A program made the translations under genes and the position numbers. 64,000 nucleotides of DNA from contig JBHGNT010000001.1 of NCBI GenBank assembly GCA_043228905.1, positions 15,252,001 to 15,316,000 on the forward strand. Direction: 5' to 3'. A model generated the notes under the pieces. That model saw only the letters and a program-made list of their open reading frames with translations. It did no database searches and had not been told where the DNA came from. This document shows positions 1-13,394 of this stretch, piece after piece; the stretch's first letter is position 1, and each line of letters opens with the position of its first letter. Source of the DNA: Azolla caroliniana. Its lineage: Eukaryota > Plantae > Polypodiophyta.

Positions 1-2447
1 CACCGAAGTGGCGAAGAACACAAATTGGCGTGCCGCAATGGAGGAAGAGACGTGCGCCTTAACGCAGAACGAGACATGGGACCTGGTTGACGCATCGAAG
101 GGTGTGAAGCCGATCGGTTGCCAGTGGGTGTATAAAGTGAAACACAACACGGTCGGCTCCGTCAACCGCTACAAGGCCCGTTTAGTAGCAAAAGGCTACG
201 CGCAGAAGCATGGTGTGAACTATGAAGAGACCTTCGCGCCTGTTCCAAATATGACTACCGTGCGAGTCCTGCTACCCGTAGCAGCGGCAAAGGGGTGGCA
301 GTTACATCAGATGGATGTAAAGAATGCGTTCTTACAAGGTGATCTTGAGGAACAGGTGTACATGGTACAACCCCCCGGATTTCTATCCGAACAAAACACC
401 TCGGCAGTTTGCCGAATGAAGAAACCCTTATATGGACTAAAGCAAGCCTCGGGAGCTTGGAAAGCAAAGATTACGCAACAGTTGCATAGGATGGGGTTTG
501 CGCCGTCGAAATCGAACTCTTCTCTATTTGTTCGGCAAGGATAATATGGACTTGTCAGCCTGCTCTTGTACGTTGATGATTTAGTCATCACCGGTGCCGA
601 CCTTGACGAAATCCGCCGTGTGAAGTCTCAGCTTGCGGCATCGTTTGAAATGAAGGATCTCGGAGACCTTCATTACTTCCTCGGGATCGAAGTGATCCGT
701 ACCCCCGAAGGCATATGGATCAGCCAACGTCATTACGCGCTGAATATGCTCTTTAAGTTCAGGATGGCAAACTGCAAGCCCATCTCCCCCCTTTGGATAG
801 AAACATGAAGCTTCGCCTAGATTCGGGCAAGGTGTGCGACCAAACATGGTTCCGACAGATTGTCGGGAGCCTTATCTATTTGACGATTACTCAACCGAAT
901 CTTAGCTACCCGGTCGGCTTAATCAGTCAATTCATGTCACAGCCTACGGCCGAACACTTTTAGTGCGTTATGTCAGTGGCACGAAAGACATGGCGTTGTT
1001 TTATCAGGTAGGCATCGCCGAACAGTTAGTCGGCTACACGGATGCTGATTGGGCCGGAAACGCCCTCGATCATCGATCCACATCTGGATACGTATTCTCA
1101 TTGGGAAGTGCGGCGATCGTATGGAGCAGCAAGAAGCAGCCGACAGTAGCACTGTTGACCATGGAGGCCAAATATTGAGGGGCGACTATTACTACGGGCG
1201 AAGTCATTTGGCTGAAACGACTATTACGGGATTTGCAAGTAGAGGTGTCTAATCCGATGACGATCCATTGTGACAACCTTAGCAGTATCCACCTTGCGAA
1301 GAACCCCATGTTCCACGTCCGGACCAAGCACATTGAGATGTATTACCATTTTGTCCGCGAGTGAGTCCTTTCAGGTGAAGTCGAACGGGTGCATATTCCG
1401 ACTGATTGACAGGTTGCCGACATCTTCACCAAGCCTCTTGGTCTCGACAAGTTACGACATTTCTCTGGTGAGCTTGGGTTGCGTCCCCTTCACACGCCGA
1501 ACCTGAGGGGGAGAAACGAAGACAAACAAGAACAAGAGCGTGAAAGGAGCGGAGGTGGTCATCGCAATGAAAGTGACTGTGACGCGGAATCGAATGAAGA
1601 ATTCGATTTCGGGCCGGCTGAAGAAGCCGAAGAAAATAGCAAGGGCCATAAATGTAGGGAAGAGCCGAGGATAGCGGAATCAGGGGGAGATACAGCCAAG
1701 AAGGACGTAAAGGCTAGGACCAAGACGTGGTCTGATGTAGTCAATGGCCTAAAGATAGGGGATGAATTGGAGACAACCAATTCGGATGAGGGCGGAACTG
1801 AATCAGAAGTGTTTGATTCAATCAGAATGTTCGATTCGGATACGCCGAATCAACTGAAAGCCATGAGGAGAAAAGGGCAGCGAAGGACACGCCGACACCG
1901 TGACAACAAGGGAGCTGAGAAGGGTCGGATGAGCAGACAAACCAACCGGAAGGGTCGAGGCGCACGAAATCGAGCGGGTCGAGGAGCGCGAGCGAGGTGT
2001 GAAGCCAGAAGGAACCGGAACCTCAAGTTGAGCTTGAGGGGGAGTGTTGAGAGACAAGCTCAACATTCGGTGCGTAATCAAATGCGTAACCCAGTGCGTA
2101 AACTGGGTGCGTAGAACCATGCACACAATAGCCCATAGCGATGCGTAAACCGCGAGGCCGTTGGAAAGATATTCCTCGAAAGGAATAATTTTGGGAGTGA
2201 GTGTAGCGACTCATTTATGAGTGTCAAGTACTGTCAGTACTTGTGTCAGCCCGATTGTCAGGGCTTGTATAAAAGATGCTCACTGAGCATTTGTGTATGT
2301 ACAGAGAGTCATTATTTTGAATCTAAGTTCTTTGTTGTCTTCTCTCTCTCTCTCTGTCTCTCCATCTCCATCTCCATCTCTGCGTACTCCTCCAAACTGT
2401 GTACTCTGTGTTTACGCACACGCTTCCACACAATGTATTCTTTTACA
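1..2447 (+). mobile_element. Degenerate Ty1/copia LTR retrotransposon, 3' part (RT, RNase H, 3' extension, PPT, 3' LTR)
   Basis: Broken ORFs carry copia motifs YKARLVAKGY, QMDVKNAFLQG, YVDDL, YTDADWAG and WSSKKQPTVAL. PPT TTGAGGGGGAG ends at 2044 and is followed by TGTTGAG. Multiple stops and frameshifts. Confidence 0.95.
2045..2447 (+). repeat. 3' LTR of copia element
   Basis: Begins TGTTGAGAGACAAGCTCAAC right after the PPT and ends ...TTTTACA. Similar to the LTRs at 15776 and 20848. Confidence 0.8.
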
Positions 2448-2973
2448 AAATGATACAATTCTTAGAATTCAAAGAGGAAGGATAAGGGTGGTGCAATGAA
2501 GTCATATGGAAAACCCTTATATGTTAAAGGCAATGCAAGAGGTATGGGAGTTTCTATGCACCACTACAATGTAGATTATTTGGACTGCTAGATATTCTAG
2601 GGTGTTTGATAATACTATTGTTCATCTCGTGGAAAGTGTACGAAACGTCTAGATGCATATGGTGCATACCTTGAAAGGGCGGTATGATGAACTTAAAGGT
2701 GAGATGGATGTTGCAGTGTTGCAACGCCTCGAAAAGCTCCTAAGCATCAAAAGGTTGCTAGACATGAAAGCTCCTCTGAGTTGAATTGTTGTCAGGAAGG
2801 CTCATTAGAGTCAAAGGCTCTTTAGACTCGAAGCGAAGACAAAGTTGAAGTGAAGGTGGAGTCGAAGATAATGGGGGAATTGAGGATAAAAGAGAAGAAC
2901 ATCAGGTTACGATGGAAATTTTTTACGAAATTAAGTTTAAAATGACCACTTTGTAGACTAGAAATGCTAGATT

Positions 2974-3227
2974 AAGAAATAAATTCCCTTTATAAAATAG
3001 AGTTTAGAAGTTTTTGCGGTAAAAGTTTACAACAATGGTAATTTCTAGAAATAAAACAAGAACTAAGAACCCTAATATTTATGACAAGAAGAAAATAAAG
3101 GTTGATTGTCGCTAGCTTAAGAAAGAAATTCCCTTTATAAAATAGTGTTTACAAGTTTTCAAGGTAAGATTATAACAGTGGTAATTTCTAGAAATAAAAC
3201 AAGAACTATGAACCCTAATATTTATGA
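2974..3227 (+). repeat. Two diverged ~110-bp direct repeats upstream of the L1 remnant
   Basis: AAATTCCCTTTATAAAATAG...TTTCTAGAAATAAAACAAGAACTA.GAACCCTAATATTTATGA occurs at ~2974-3084 and ~3119-3227. Confidence 0.85.
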
Positions 3228-3299
3228 TTCCTGAGAAACTCAAAACAGAGAGTGACGAGCGGCCCTTGATTTGACACACAAAGGGGGTTTCCGATGCAA

Positions 3300-6200
3300 C
3301 TCCCCTCGATCCGTCTATCACATCTCCCCATATTTCAAATAAGGTTGTCTCACTCTCATTGTCAGATAATAATAATAGGAATCTAGTGTTGACAGAAGTA
3401 CGATTGGAGGCGATCTCTCTAGTGGTGCATATGGAAAGATCAAGGCCAAATAGGCATGAGTTTCATCGCATGTTGTACGCGAGCTTCGCAAAAGAAATCA
3501 ACAATGTTCTGGACATCCATTTCATGGGCAAAAGATGTTACTATTCGGAGTTTACTGATCCTTCTTCTGTTTCCCGTTTGTTGGAGATCAAGAATACATC
3601 GTTGTCAGGTGCTTGGATATCCTTTTACAAGTAGATTCATAATGTGGTTGCAGATGATATCCTACAAACCAAAGAGGCACATCTGATCTTTCTAGCCGTT
3701 TTCTTGGGATTGAAGAAAGAATGGCGTCTAGTGTTACCCCAAATAGGCTACCTTCTAGGTACAATAAAAGCTATTAAAAGAAGAGGCATTCGCTGAAGGA
3801 TGATCCTTTATGAGGAGCACCAGTTTTGAGGATCTTGGCACTCAGGAATAACGTATTACCATCTTCAGTTTTGTTGCCGAATTTGCAGGAAAATAAGGAG
3901 CCGTTGTCCTAGAGGATTATGTTAGGGGCTTCCGGATCAATGTTTTATAAGCAGGCATTTTGGGCATTTCGGGAAGAATTTCCCTCTTAGATGCTATCGA
4001 TTAGAGGAGGCCTCTAAATCTACTTCTAAGGTGGGGAGATCAGACTGGACTCTAGTAGCAACGAAGCATACTATGAAAGTGTTTTTAGAATTCAAGATAT
4101 TGAACATTAGAAGAATATAAGGTATGGAGCATTCACAATTGGAGGACGAGAACACGAACCAAGATACTAAGGAGAAGTCAAACTAAAAGCAGGAGACTTG
4201 GAGAAAAGTAAATTAATTTATAATTAAATTGAATTATTATATAATTAAATTAATCAAATATAAAAATATCATAATGTAATTAATTAATTAAATTGATATA
4301 TATAAATAATTAAATTAATATAATAATATATCAATTTAAATTATAAATTTATTTAATAATAAATATAATTTAAGTAAATTTACATTTATATTTATTTTAT
4401 ATTGAAATTGAAATTGAAATTATTATTTATATAATATTAAAGAAATATATTTATTTGGGTTTCAAACGAAAGAGTTATGACCATTCTTTTTTTAAGTGGT
4501 CTACTTTTTCTCCTTTTACTTTTCTTCATGTCTTCTGCTTTTATCTTGACTAGTTCTTGGTTTGTGTTCTTGCCCTCCAAATGCGAATGCTCCATACCTT
4601 ATATTCTTCTAATGTTCAATAACTTGAATTCAAAAAACACTTTCACACATACTTTTAAACATCTTAACTCGCTGAGAAATTCTATATTTTTATTGTATTA
4701 TAATCCTCGAAGGTAGGGATATTTTCACACATACTTTGAATAGAGATGAAGGTAGGGATATTGTCTCTCAAAATAAGTTAAGGGAGGTGGATAAAGTTGC
4801 TGAAGTACAGATTCCATCATCCTCGAAGCAGGATCAAGAAGCCTTGACGATTAGAGAAATTACTGCTAAGCTCTCCCCTACAAGCCATCATAAGTTATAG
4901 GTTATAGACAATCAATTGAGGGGCAAAGGTAAGTAGATCATTCAATCTTTGTGTCACCCAATGCCTCAAGACAAGGGGCGACATATTGACTGTTCTAGTG
5001 TTGCCATGGATTGTGTAAAGTAGTTATCTATAGTAATCTATGAGGATACATCAAAACAGAAGTCTCTCTTGATCTGGGTGTAGATTTCATTCAAGCACGT
5101 CTTCATCCGGTTTTCAAATCCAAGTCCCTTTTGTCTAGTGGTTATGACTATGGAAACGATGATTCCTCAGAATGCTAAGGATTTCTCTTTTTCGATAGTA
5201 TCCTTGGCTATAAGTGATACTCCAACATTGGATAAAGCAATGCCAGTCTATTCATATAAATACTTGGGTAAAGATATGATGACAACTAGAAGACAATTAC
5301 GAGTTGCTGAGGAAGAAAAATGTAGAGTAGTTTTGACAGGAAAAAGGATAGTTTCATGGATGTTCTCAATATAATTTCATCGAATGTGTAGTGATTATGA
5401 GGTAGTCGGTTTCGAAAAATGAGAGGGGTTTTTTTACAGGAATTGAAAAAACCTTATGTAGGACAAATAGATGTGTTCATTATTTAGGAGCATCATTTAG
5501 GGGAACAATGTCTCTTAAGATATGGGAACCTTCTCCCGAGGAGGTGGAAACACTTTTGGTTGCCGACCTTTGGACCAAATGATACTCATGGTGGTTTATG
5601 TATCGCATTTTCACATATTTGGGATTCACACGTAATTGTGTCAGGATCATTGTCCAACAAAAGACAACAATATATTTGTTTTTAAAATAGGAGAGATTAA
5701 GTGGGGTTTGCTTGAATCTTTATTCGTCAAATTATGTAGTGAGGTCTCAGTTTTTGAGTGAAATTTTATTACAAATACCCCAAATTGATCATTAAGTATT
5801 AGTTGGAGACTTTGATATGTTACAGAATGTGCAAGACCGGCAAGGTGGTAGTTTACGTATTATTTCTAGATTAGGATTTAGGGCTTGGGAAGGACTATCT
5901 TTGTCACTATGGTCGGTTGGTCTTTGGTTGGTTCATTACTTTAATAGACAACTGAAATCCTTATCTTTTTCAAGATCTAAAAGAAGGTTGGTCCAGGTCA
6001 ATCTTTCTTTTCGATAGGTTTTATGGGGATGATTTTATGTGGACTAGAGATGGTCAATTAGGAATTATGCCTGGTTGTTCTTTTTCTGATCAATCACCTC
6101 TTAAATTAAAATTCTCTTTACCATCAACACAAACGGGGTTAGGAATTCTCTTTGCCATCTAGAATTGATTTAGAACTCCTAACCCCATTTTTCTTAGAGA

Positions 6201-9200
6201 AGATTGTAAATATTTTGTTCAAACTATTTGGTCTAGATATCATTATGATGTTGATGTTATCCTGAGCAATGTGGTACATGTGTTGAAGGAAATTCAAGAA
6301 TTTCTCCAAAATAAAACGAAATCTTTGTGCCTTGATTATGATTCCAAGAATGTAATATATAAGTGAGGTTTGGTAGCATTACAACATTTGCAACAAAGGC
6401 GGCCAATGTCTGTAGATTTAGTCGCGAGAGTTATTGATGTAGGGAAAACGATTCTCGATATACAACTGCAGAGGTCAGATTTTTGGTATCATAAATCCTC
6501 TCTGAGATGGAGTAGATAGGTTCATATGGTTTGTAAAGAGTTTTTCAACCTCATCGCATTAAATCTCATAAGCCTCAACCGACAAGTATAAGACATGCTG
6601 ATGGATTTTTTACAACATCGGATGTTGTAGAGATAAGGGATATAACATCATCTTTTTATCATCATTTGTTGAATGTGGTTCCTATTTCAAGAAATAAAAT
6701 GATTAAGAGGGATTATGTTTGGGTTTTGATATCTAATCGGGTTTCGTCTCAAATGTAGATTGCTTTGCTTGCTTTGTTGCAACCTTCGGAAATTCTATTA
6801 CTAGCAAAGGCTTCAGGTAAGGATGTTTGCCCAGGTGTTGATGGGGTGGGGGTTTCATGGTATACAGAGTGTTGGGATATGTTTGGTAATGTTTTTACTT
6901 TTACTTATCAACAAATGCTTAACTAGGGTTATATGTCTCAGGAATGGACAAAGGGCCTAATATATTTGATTTTGAAGGGGGGTGGCCCTCGTGATAATAT
7001 TTGAAAATGGAGGCCTATAACCACAATGTTGTGAAGAATATTTTAGCTAAAACAATAGCAAGGAGAGTGCAACCTTTTTCACCTCAACTAATTCATGATT
7101 AACAAACGGGTTTTTTTCAAGAAAGAAGTATTTTCGATAAATTCTGCTTGTTTTGGGAAATGGTGGTTATTGTAGAGCGACAACAAGATTTGGCTATTTT
7201 GTTTTTAGATTTCGAGAAGGCTTATGATAGAGTGGATTGAGAATTTATGGAAGGGACATTATTGTGAATTAGCTTTCCCAAGTGTGTCTGTTTGCTCCTT
7301 TTCTGTTTATTTTAGTTTCTGAGGCTTTTTCTGATTACCTTAGGAGTAGGAATGTAGATATTCATGGTATAGTCTTACCTATACAAGGACATGCATCCTC
7401 GGTTGTTGATTGAGAATTTCTTGAGGACACCACTTTATATGCTTCTACAAAAAACAAGAACTTGTTGAATCTTCAATTAGAATTAATAGATTTTTGTGAT
7501 GCTTCAGGAGACTTGATCAATTGGGACAAGTCCATGGGATTTTGGGTTGCGTCTTCTTCTCCTTCACAAGATGTGCCAACTCTAGGTTTTATTTGATTAC
7601 CTCGAGGTACAACTATATGTAATTTGGGATGTCACATGTGGCTAGATTTGTTGGTTGACAATATGGTGACACCCCTTTTGTTATGGGTTAGAAATAAATT
7701 GTTGTATTGGGATACAACTAATTTGTCTTTACTAGGAAGGGTGGTTGTGGCAAACTCAGTTTTGCTCGCATCAATGTGCCAACCTAGTTGCATCAACCTA
7801 GTTATTTTCACGCTCTATTATATTGAAAGTACATTGCTTAGTTCGTAATTTTATTCGAGGTGCTTCGCTAGGATCAAGGGTTGTTGCAAAAATTTGTTGG
7901 TTGGTTTTAATTCGGCCAATAAGTGAAGGTGGACTGGGCTTATTAGATCCCTTGCTCCAAAGTAATGGTCTTCTTCCAAAGCATGTTGTGAGAGGATTTA
8001 TGCTTGGGGATGAGTTGTGGAAAAAGTTATGGTGGTTGTTTATCTCATTACGACATTAAGCTCAAAATAGGATGATAAGGGCACGATAGTTTTTGGTGGT
8101 TGTTTAACTCTGAATTTCCAATTAAGCCTCCAAATGTTGGTTCTATGAGATATTTTATAGGTATTTTGAGGGCATGGAAGGACATTAGAGAGGCTCTTCT
8201 ATTTCAACTTTCATCATTGAAAGCCTAATATCTAAGGAAACCGTTGTTATGGAATCTTTTGTTTACTTATAGCTCTGGTTATGTTTTAGGAATTCACTTG
8301 CATTTATCATGGTGAAAAATGGACTTAGGACAACTACAAATGTGGCTGATTAGGATCAGTTTCAACTTCTCTCAGATGATGACAAACAACAATTCTCACC
8401 TTCATTGTGTGGGGGATGTTTGATGTTCAATCATATTCAGTAGGCTCTTCAGAATTGTCAAAGGAAAATGAACTTGGCTAATACTTATCCATGGTATGGT
8501 CTTATCTCTCCTTTGGGCATTTTAATAGGCACCAAGGCATATGCTAACCAAGGTCGTATAAGATTTTATGGGTTGGAGATGCTGGTGTTTTATATTTAGT
8601 GGAAGAAGAAGCAGAAGTTATGTAGTTAGCCTCCCAAAAACCCATTAGGGTTATTCCTTAGTTAGACAAGAAGATTTTCTTAGACCCAAATCCTTTTTTG
8701 ATGGAGCATGCATTACAATTATGGGCATTCCAAAGTAAGTCGATGGAACACCTTAAGTCGGACCTGGCTGATTATGCATGGTGGTTGGTTAGAAGGTCCT
8801 CGACAAATGAACAAGAGAGTAGGATTCTCCCTTTTTTCCAGTACTTTGTGGCCTATGGGAGATGCTTCTTGATGCAACGACATGGCGTAAATCCTATTGC
8901 ACAAAAATATTGGGAGTCAAGTGCTAAATCATTTCAATATTTGGCGGCTTATTGGAAAAGTTTATGGGCACTACCATGTATGGAAAGAGAAATTTCTTTT
9001 AAGTGGTTACTACTTCATTATGCTTTACCTATAAGTTTTCATTTAAAAGGACATGTTGATGATTGCTACTATGTTTGTTGCTAATACAAGAGACTTTGAA
9101 ACATTTGTTCCGAAATTGTATTGTAGCTCAAAAGTATTGGGGAAGAATATTAAGGATGTTTTCTCGTACATATAGAGGAGTGGTTTTTAAATGGGGGACT

Positions 9201-9750
9201 ATTTTTTGAGGGTCTTTTGATGTGCAAGTGTCCTTGTACGAGACAAAGCAATGTGCGGAAGCATTGCGTATGTTTGAAAATAGAATTGAAGTAGTTCTCC
9301 CTAACATTCATGGTGTTAAATATTTTAAAAATTCTTTTGTTTGGAATATTGTTATGATTAATGCTTTATGGGTGTGGTAGAAGTGTCGTTGTAGCAAGAA
9401 ATATGATGGTATCGAGTATAATGTGGTCGATATGAAGGTATCAAGTGAAGGGAGAGTTTGATAGTATTAAAGGAACGGCTGAAAAGATGCATAATAAAAG
9501 GATGAAATTTCATAAAATATGGTGGCGAATACCTCTTTGGATGGGCCACATGAAGATCACTTGAATTATGCTCCATCACGATGGTTATTTCCTCCTCCTT
9601 GTTCTTTCTTATTTCAATCTTATGTTGTGATGTAATATAGTTCCTTCGTTCTTTTTTATTGTAGGTTGGATCACAATGGTTGCACGCTACTCTTGGTGTC
9701 CTTATTTGTTCTTCATTCAATGTCATATTAAAGTGACATAACATGAGAGC
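3300..9750 (+). mobile_element. Highly degenerate L1-clade LINE (ORF1 remnant; APE-RT-zinc-finger ORF2 remnant)
   Basis: Residual motifs occur in the expected order: VGDF (~5802), SD.SP (~6085), PGVDG (6831), WRPIT (~7008), LFLDFEKAYDRVD (~7199), INWDKS (~7516), LSLLGRVVVANSVL, GGLGLLD and ETLKHLF..C (~9089). Many stops. Confidence 0.85.
4072..4647. mobile_element. Foldback/MITE-like insertion with ~135-bp inverted arms around an extremely AT-rich core
   Basis: 4074-4212 is a diverged reverse complement of 4515-4645. Flanked by CATAC at 4067-4071 and 4648-4652. Confidence 0.6.
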
Positions 9751-10005
9751 CTCTTCTCTGGGTTAGGAGTGGAGAAGAATTAAGGATGGGAATAGGGTTA
9801 GCATCGGTTTTGGTTGGGGGAACTGATTTCAATCATCTTGTAGGTTGGATCACATTAGCTACACGTTACTCTTGGTGTCCTTAGTTTTTCTTAATTTAAT
9901 CTCATATTTTGAGTGAGAGACTCTTCTATTGGTTAGGTGTGAAGGTGAATTAAGGAATGGGGGTAGGGTTAGCATCAATTCTTCTTGGGGGAACTTATTT
10001 CAATA
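9659..10005 (+). repeat. Tandem duplication of a ~175-bp unit at the L1 3' end
   Basis: TTGTAGGTTGGATCACA...TTGGGGGAACT.ATTTCAAT is present twice in tandem. Confidence 0.85.
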
Positions 10006-13000
10006 ACCAATTTATCTTCTTTTTGTGTTATATATAATATTTCAGGTCAACCAGGTCATGTATTCCGACTTCTTTTGTTTTCATACATTGGGTATAGTGG
10101 GACTTTTCATTATTCTGCAAGGTTGATAGTAGAGGGGAAGGCCTTTAAGGATATACATTGGATGGGTTTGCTAGGGGGAGTCAATTCAACATAATTCTTT
10201 TGTATGGTTCTTATTGTGTCGATGATGGATGGTGTAAAACAATAGCATAAGTAGAAGCTTGTACACATAGAACACACATGGCTAGCCGAACACACGTAGA
10301 TAATTAAAGGTATACAAAGAGAGAGGGAGGGAGGGAGAGGGAGAGACAGAGATGAGCAGACAACAAAAAACTATATCAATAGATAACAACACTTTGTACA
10401 TACGACTTTGCTTAGTGAGCACTTTTATACTAGCCCTATGACACAAGGTTGATTGAAGTACTGAGAAGTACTTCATTGCTCACATAAGATCATCTGATAC
10501 TGATTGTACCTAAATTTCCTATTATTAAGAATAGGAATAAAGGTCGTTAATGACATGTCGGCTCTCTCGACCGATCCAGTTGTCGGCTTCTTCAGCCGAT
10601 CAGATATCTAGCCTCCAACCGATCCGGCTATCGGCTTCTTTAGCCGATCCTTTACCCGGTCTGGCTTCATGTTGAGCTTGTCTCTCGACACTCCCCAATA
10701 AGCTCAACTTGAGGTTCGTCCGTTTGTCAGCTTGCCTCCTGGCCCTTCCGTCAGATCTCGTGCGGCTTGACCTATCTGGTTGGCTTGTCTACTCCCAAGG
10801 CCTTCGACGATCTTCTCCTTGCCTTTATGGATTTGGCGTCCTTCGACATGTCGGTTCCTGAGTATCGGTGTCGGCTTCAGGCACATCCTCGTCTGTTTGG
10901 CCTTCATATGATTTCACTCGTCCTTATCATCCCTCTTGTCCAAATCGGTTGTCTTTGAATCGTCTTGAATTCAACCTTTACCTATCTCAATCCAAGACTT
11001 CCCGGCTTCCTTCTCCTTCCGGCTCTGCCCCTATGTTCAATTGGTTCTAATTCGCTCGTTTGACCACTCCGCCTGCAGTCAGCTCGTCTTCCCTTAGACG
11101 ATTTTCTTCTAATCTTTCTCTTGTCTGATTCGGCTTCCTCAGCCAATATGGCTCTCCTGTGTTAGACTTTCTTATCATGTCTCCTTTCAACCCTCCCCCT
11201 CAAGTTGTCAAGGCTGAGAAGTTTGTGAAAACACTGGCCATTTGCCGATCCATCAGAACATACACCAATTCCATTTGACCAGAGAGAACTCACTCACACA
11301 CGAAATGGTAATGAACTTCAGCTTTGTCCAGGTGTGGAAGATGAGGTTCTTTGCTAATTGGATGTTGTTCAAGTTGTTGTAGTAGATCACTATCGGATCG
11401 GACACCTCCACCCGCAGATCCTTCAGTAGCCACTTGAGCCATATGGCCTAAAGTGTAGCTACATCCACTCCTCTGTACTTCAAGGCCTCGGTACCCGATA
11501 GTGCCACTATCGACTGCTTCTGGCTACACCAGACGACCGCCGCACTCCCGAAGGAGAATGCATATCGCAATGTTGATCGACAATCACTTGCACGTCCGGC
11601 CCATTTGGCTTCTGTGTAGCCGACAAACTGATCGGTTATACCTATCCGATACAACAACCCACGATCCTTAGTGCTGCTCACTTAGTGCAATATCCAATGC
11701 ACGCACTGAATGTGATAAGATGTTGGCTACGACATAAATTGTCTGACAGGATAATGGAGGTTTGGTTGGGTGATGGTCAAGTAAATGAAGCTTATGAAAA
11801 TTTCCCCGAAATGAGTCGCATCGCAAGTCAGCACCAATTTGTGGTGAAGCTTGACATTCATGTCAAAAGGAGTCAAGACAAATTTTCAATCCTTCATGCC
11901 GAACTTGAAGAGAATATTCAACACATAGTGTCGTTGGCTAATCAATATGCCTTCTAGGGTGCGAATGACTTCCACCCCGAGGAAGTAGTGAAGGTCCCCC
12001 AAGTCCTCATCTCGAATGATGTTGCCAACTGAAACCTGACACGGTCAATTTCCTCCAGATTGGTGCCAACGATGACAAGGTTATCTACATATAGCAAGCA
12101 ATATGCTAACCAACCCATTCCAACCTTGTCGAATGAACAACGAAGAATCTGATTTTGATGGTTGAAAGCCTATCCGGCACAATCCCTATGTGATCTTTGC
12201 ATTCCAAGCATGGGGGGCTTGTTTTAGTCCGTCAATGGACTTCTTCAGCCATCAGACTATTGACTTGTTCAATTTGGATTGGAATCTGGGAGGCTGTACC
12301 ACAAAAACTTGTTCCTCAAGGTCACCTTGCAGGAACACATTCTTCACGTTCATTAGATGCAGGTGCCATCGCTTTGCCTGTAGTTGATGTTGTGTGTCTA
12401 TGTGTAGCCCTTGGCCACTAGTAGGACCTTGTACCTATTGATGCTGCCATCGAGATTGTATTTTACCTTATACACCCACCTACATCCGACCTGCTCAATT
12501 CCTTTGGAGGAGTCAACCAGGTCCCATGTCTCATTTTCGACCAACACATGCATCTCTTCCTCCATAGCCGTTTTCATGTTGGCATCTTGTGCCACCTCCA
12601 CGTAGCTCTCCGGTTGGCGTATCTCTGCCACTTTTGTCATTTACAAATCATGATGTTCCATGTACTCATTATACCCATACCGGGTTTCGGGGTTTCAGTG
12701 GCGAATCGACTAATGCAACATTTAGTTGGTTGTCTTCAAGGCTCTTCTAGCCGAATCAGACCTCAACTCTAGAGGTCTCTAATCACTTATTTCGACATCT
12801 TATTCTTCCCCTTCTCCTTGCGGGTAAACCATCTCTTCGGCTTCACCCTTGGGGATTTCACGGCCAAGTCCTCATCGCTCGCCAGCTCTCCAAAAAAGAT
12901 GCTCTTCATTTGCATCTCTTGAAGCTATGCAAAGTTGACGTGGCCTATCTGCTCATGCCATAAGTCGATTTCCGATTCGACTTTCTGTCCTTCGCAAACA

Positions 13001-13086
13001 TTGCGGTGCTGACTTCATTTTTCTCGAGGATAAACATCCTCCCCTCTATCTTGCCTTCCTCCTTGATGAAGCACCCAGGTTGATTG

Positions 13087-13362
13087 TGACGGGAACTATA
13101 CGTCCCCTATGCGCAACGCTCGGCCACAACCGATCTTAGAATCATACACAAAAAAGAAAAGGAATGAATGCACAACACAGTGAAGAGAAGAGTACACAGG
13201 ATGTTTACGTGGAAAACCCAAACTAGGGAAAAAACCACGGCAGCCCACAAGCTACAAACTATCACTATGTTACAGTGTACAACAGAAAAGCACCGAGGCA
13301 ACAACCTCGAGCTTTCTATCTTCGCCACAGGTGTCGGTTACAACAGAGGCAACGACCTCTTC

Positions 13363-13394
<32 letters not shown>

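Noticed and set aside
2448-2970. Possibly coding-derived sequence after the first LTR
   Set aside because: No recognisable motif or sustained ORF, so it is left unassigned.
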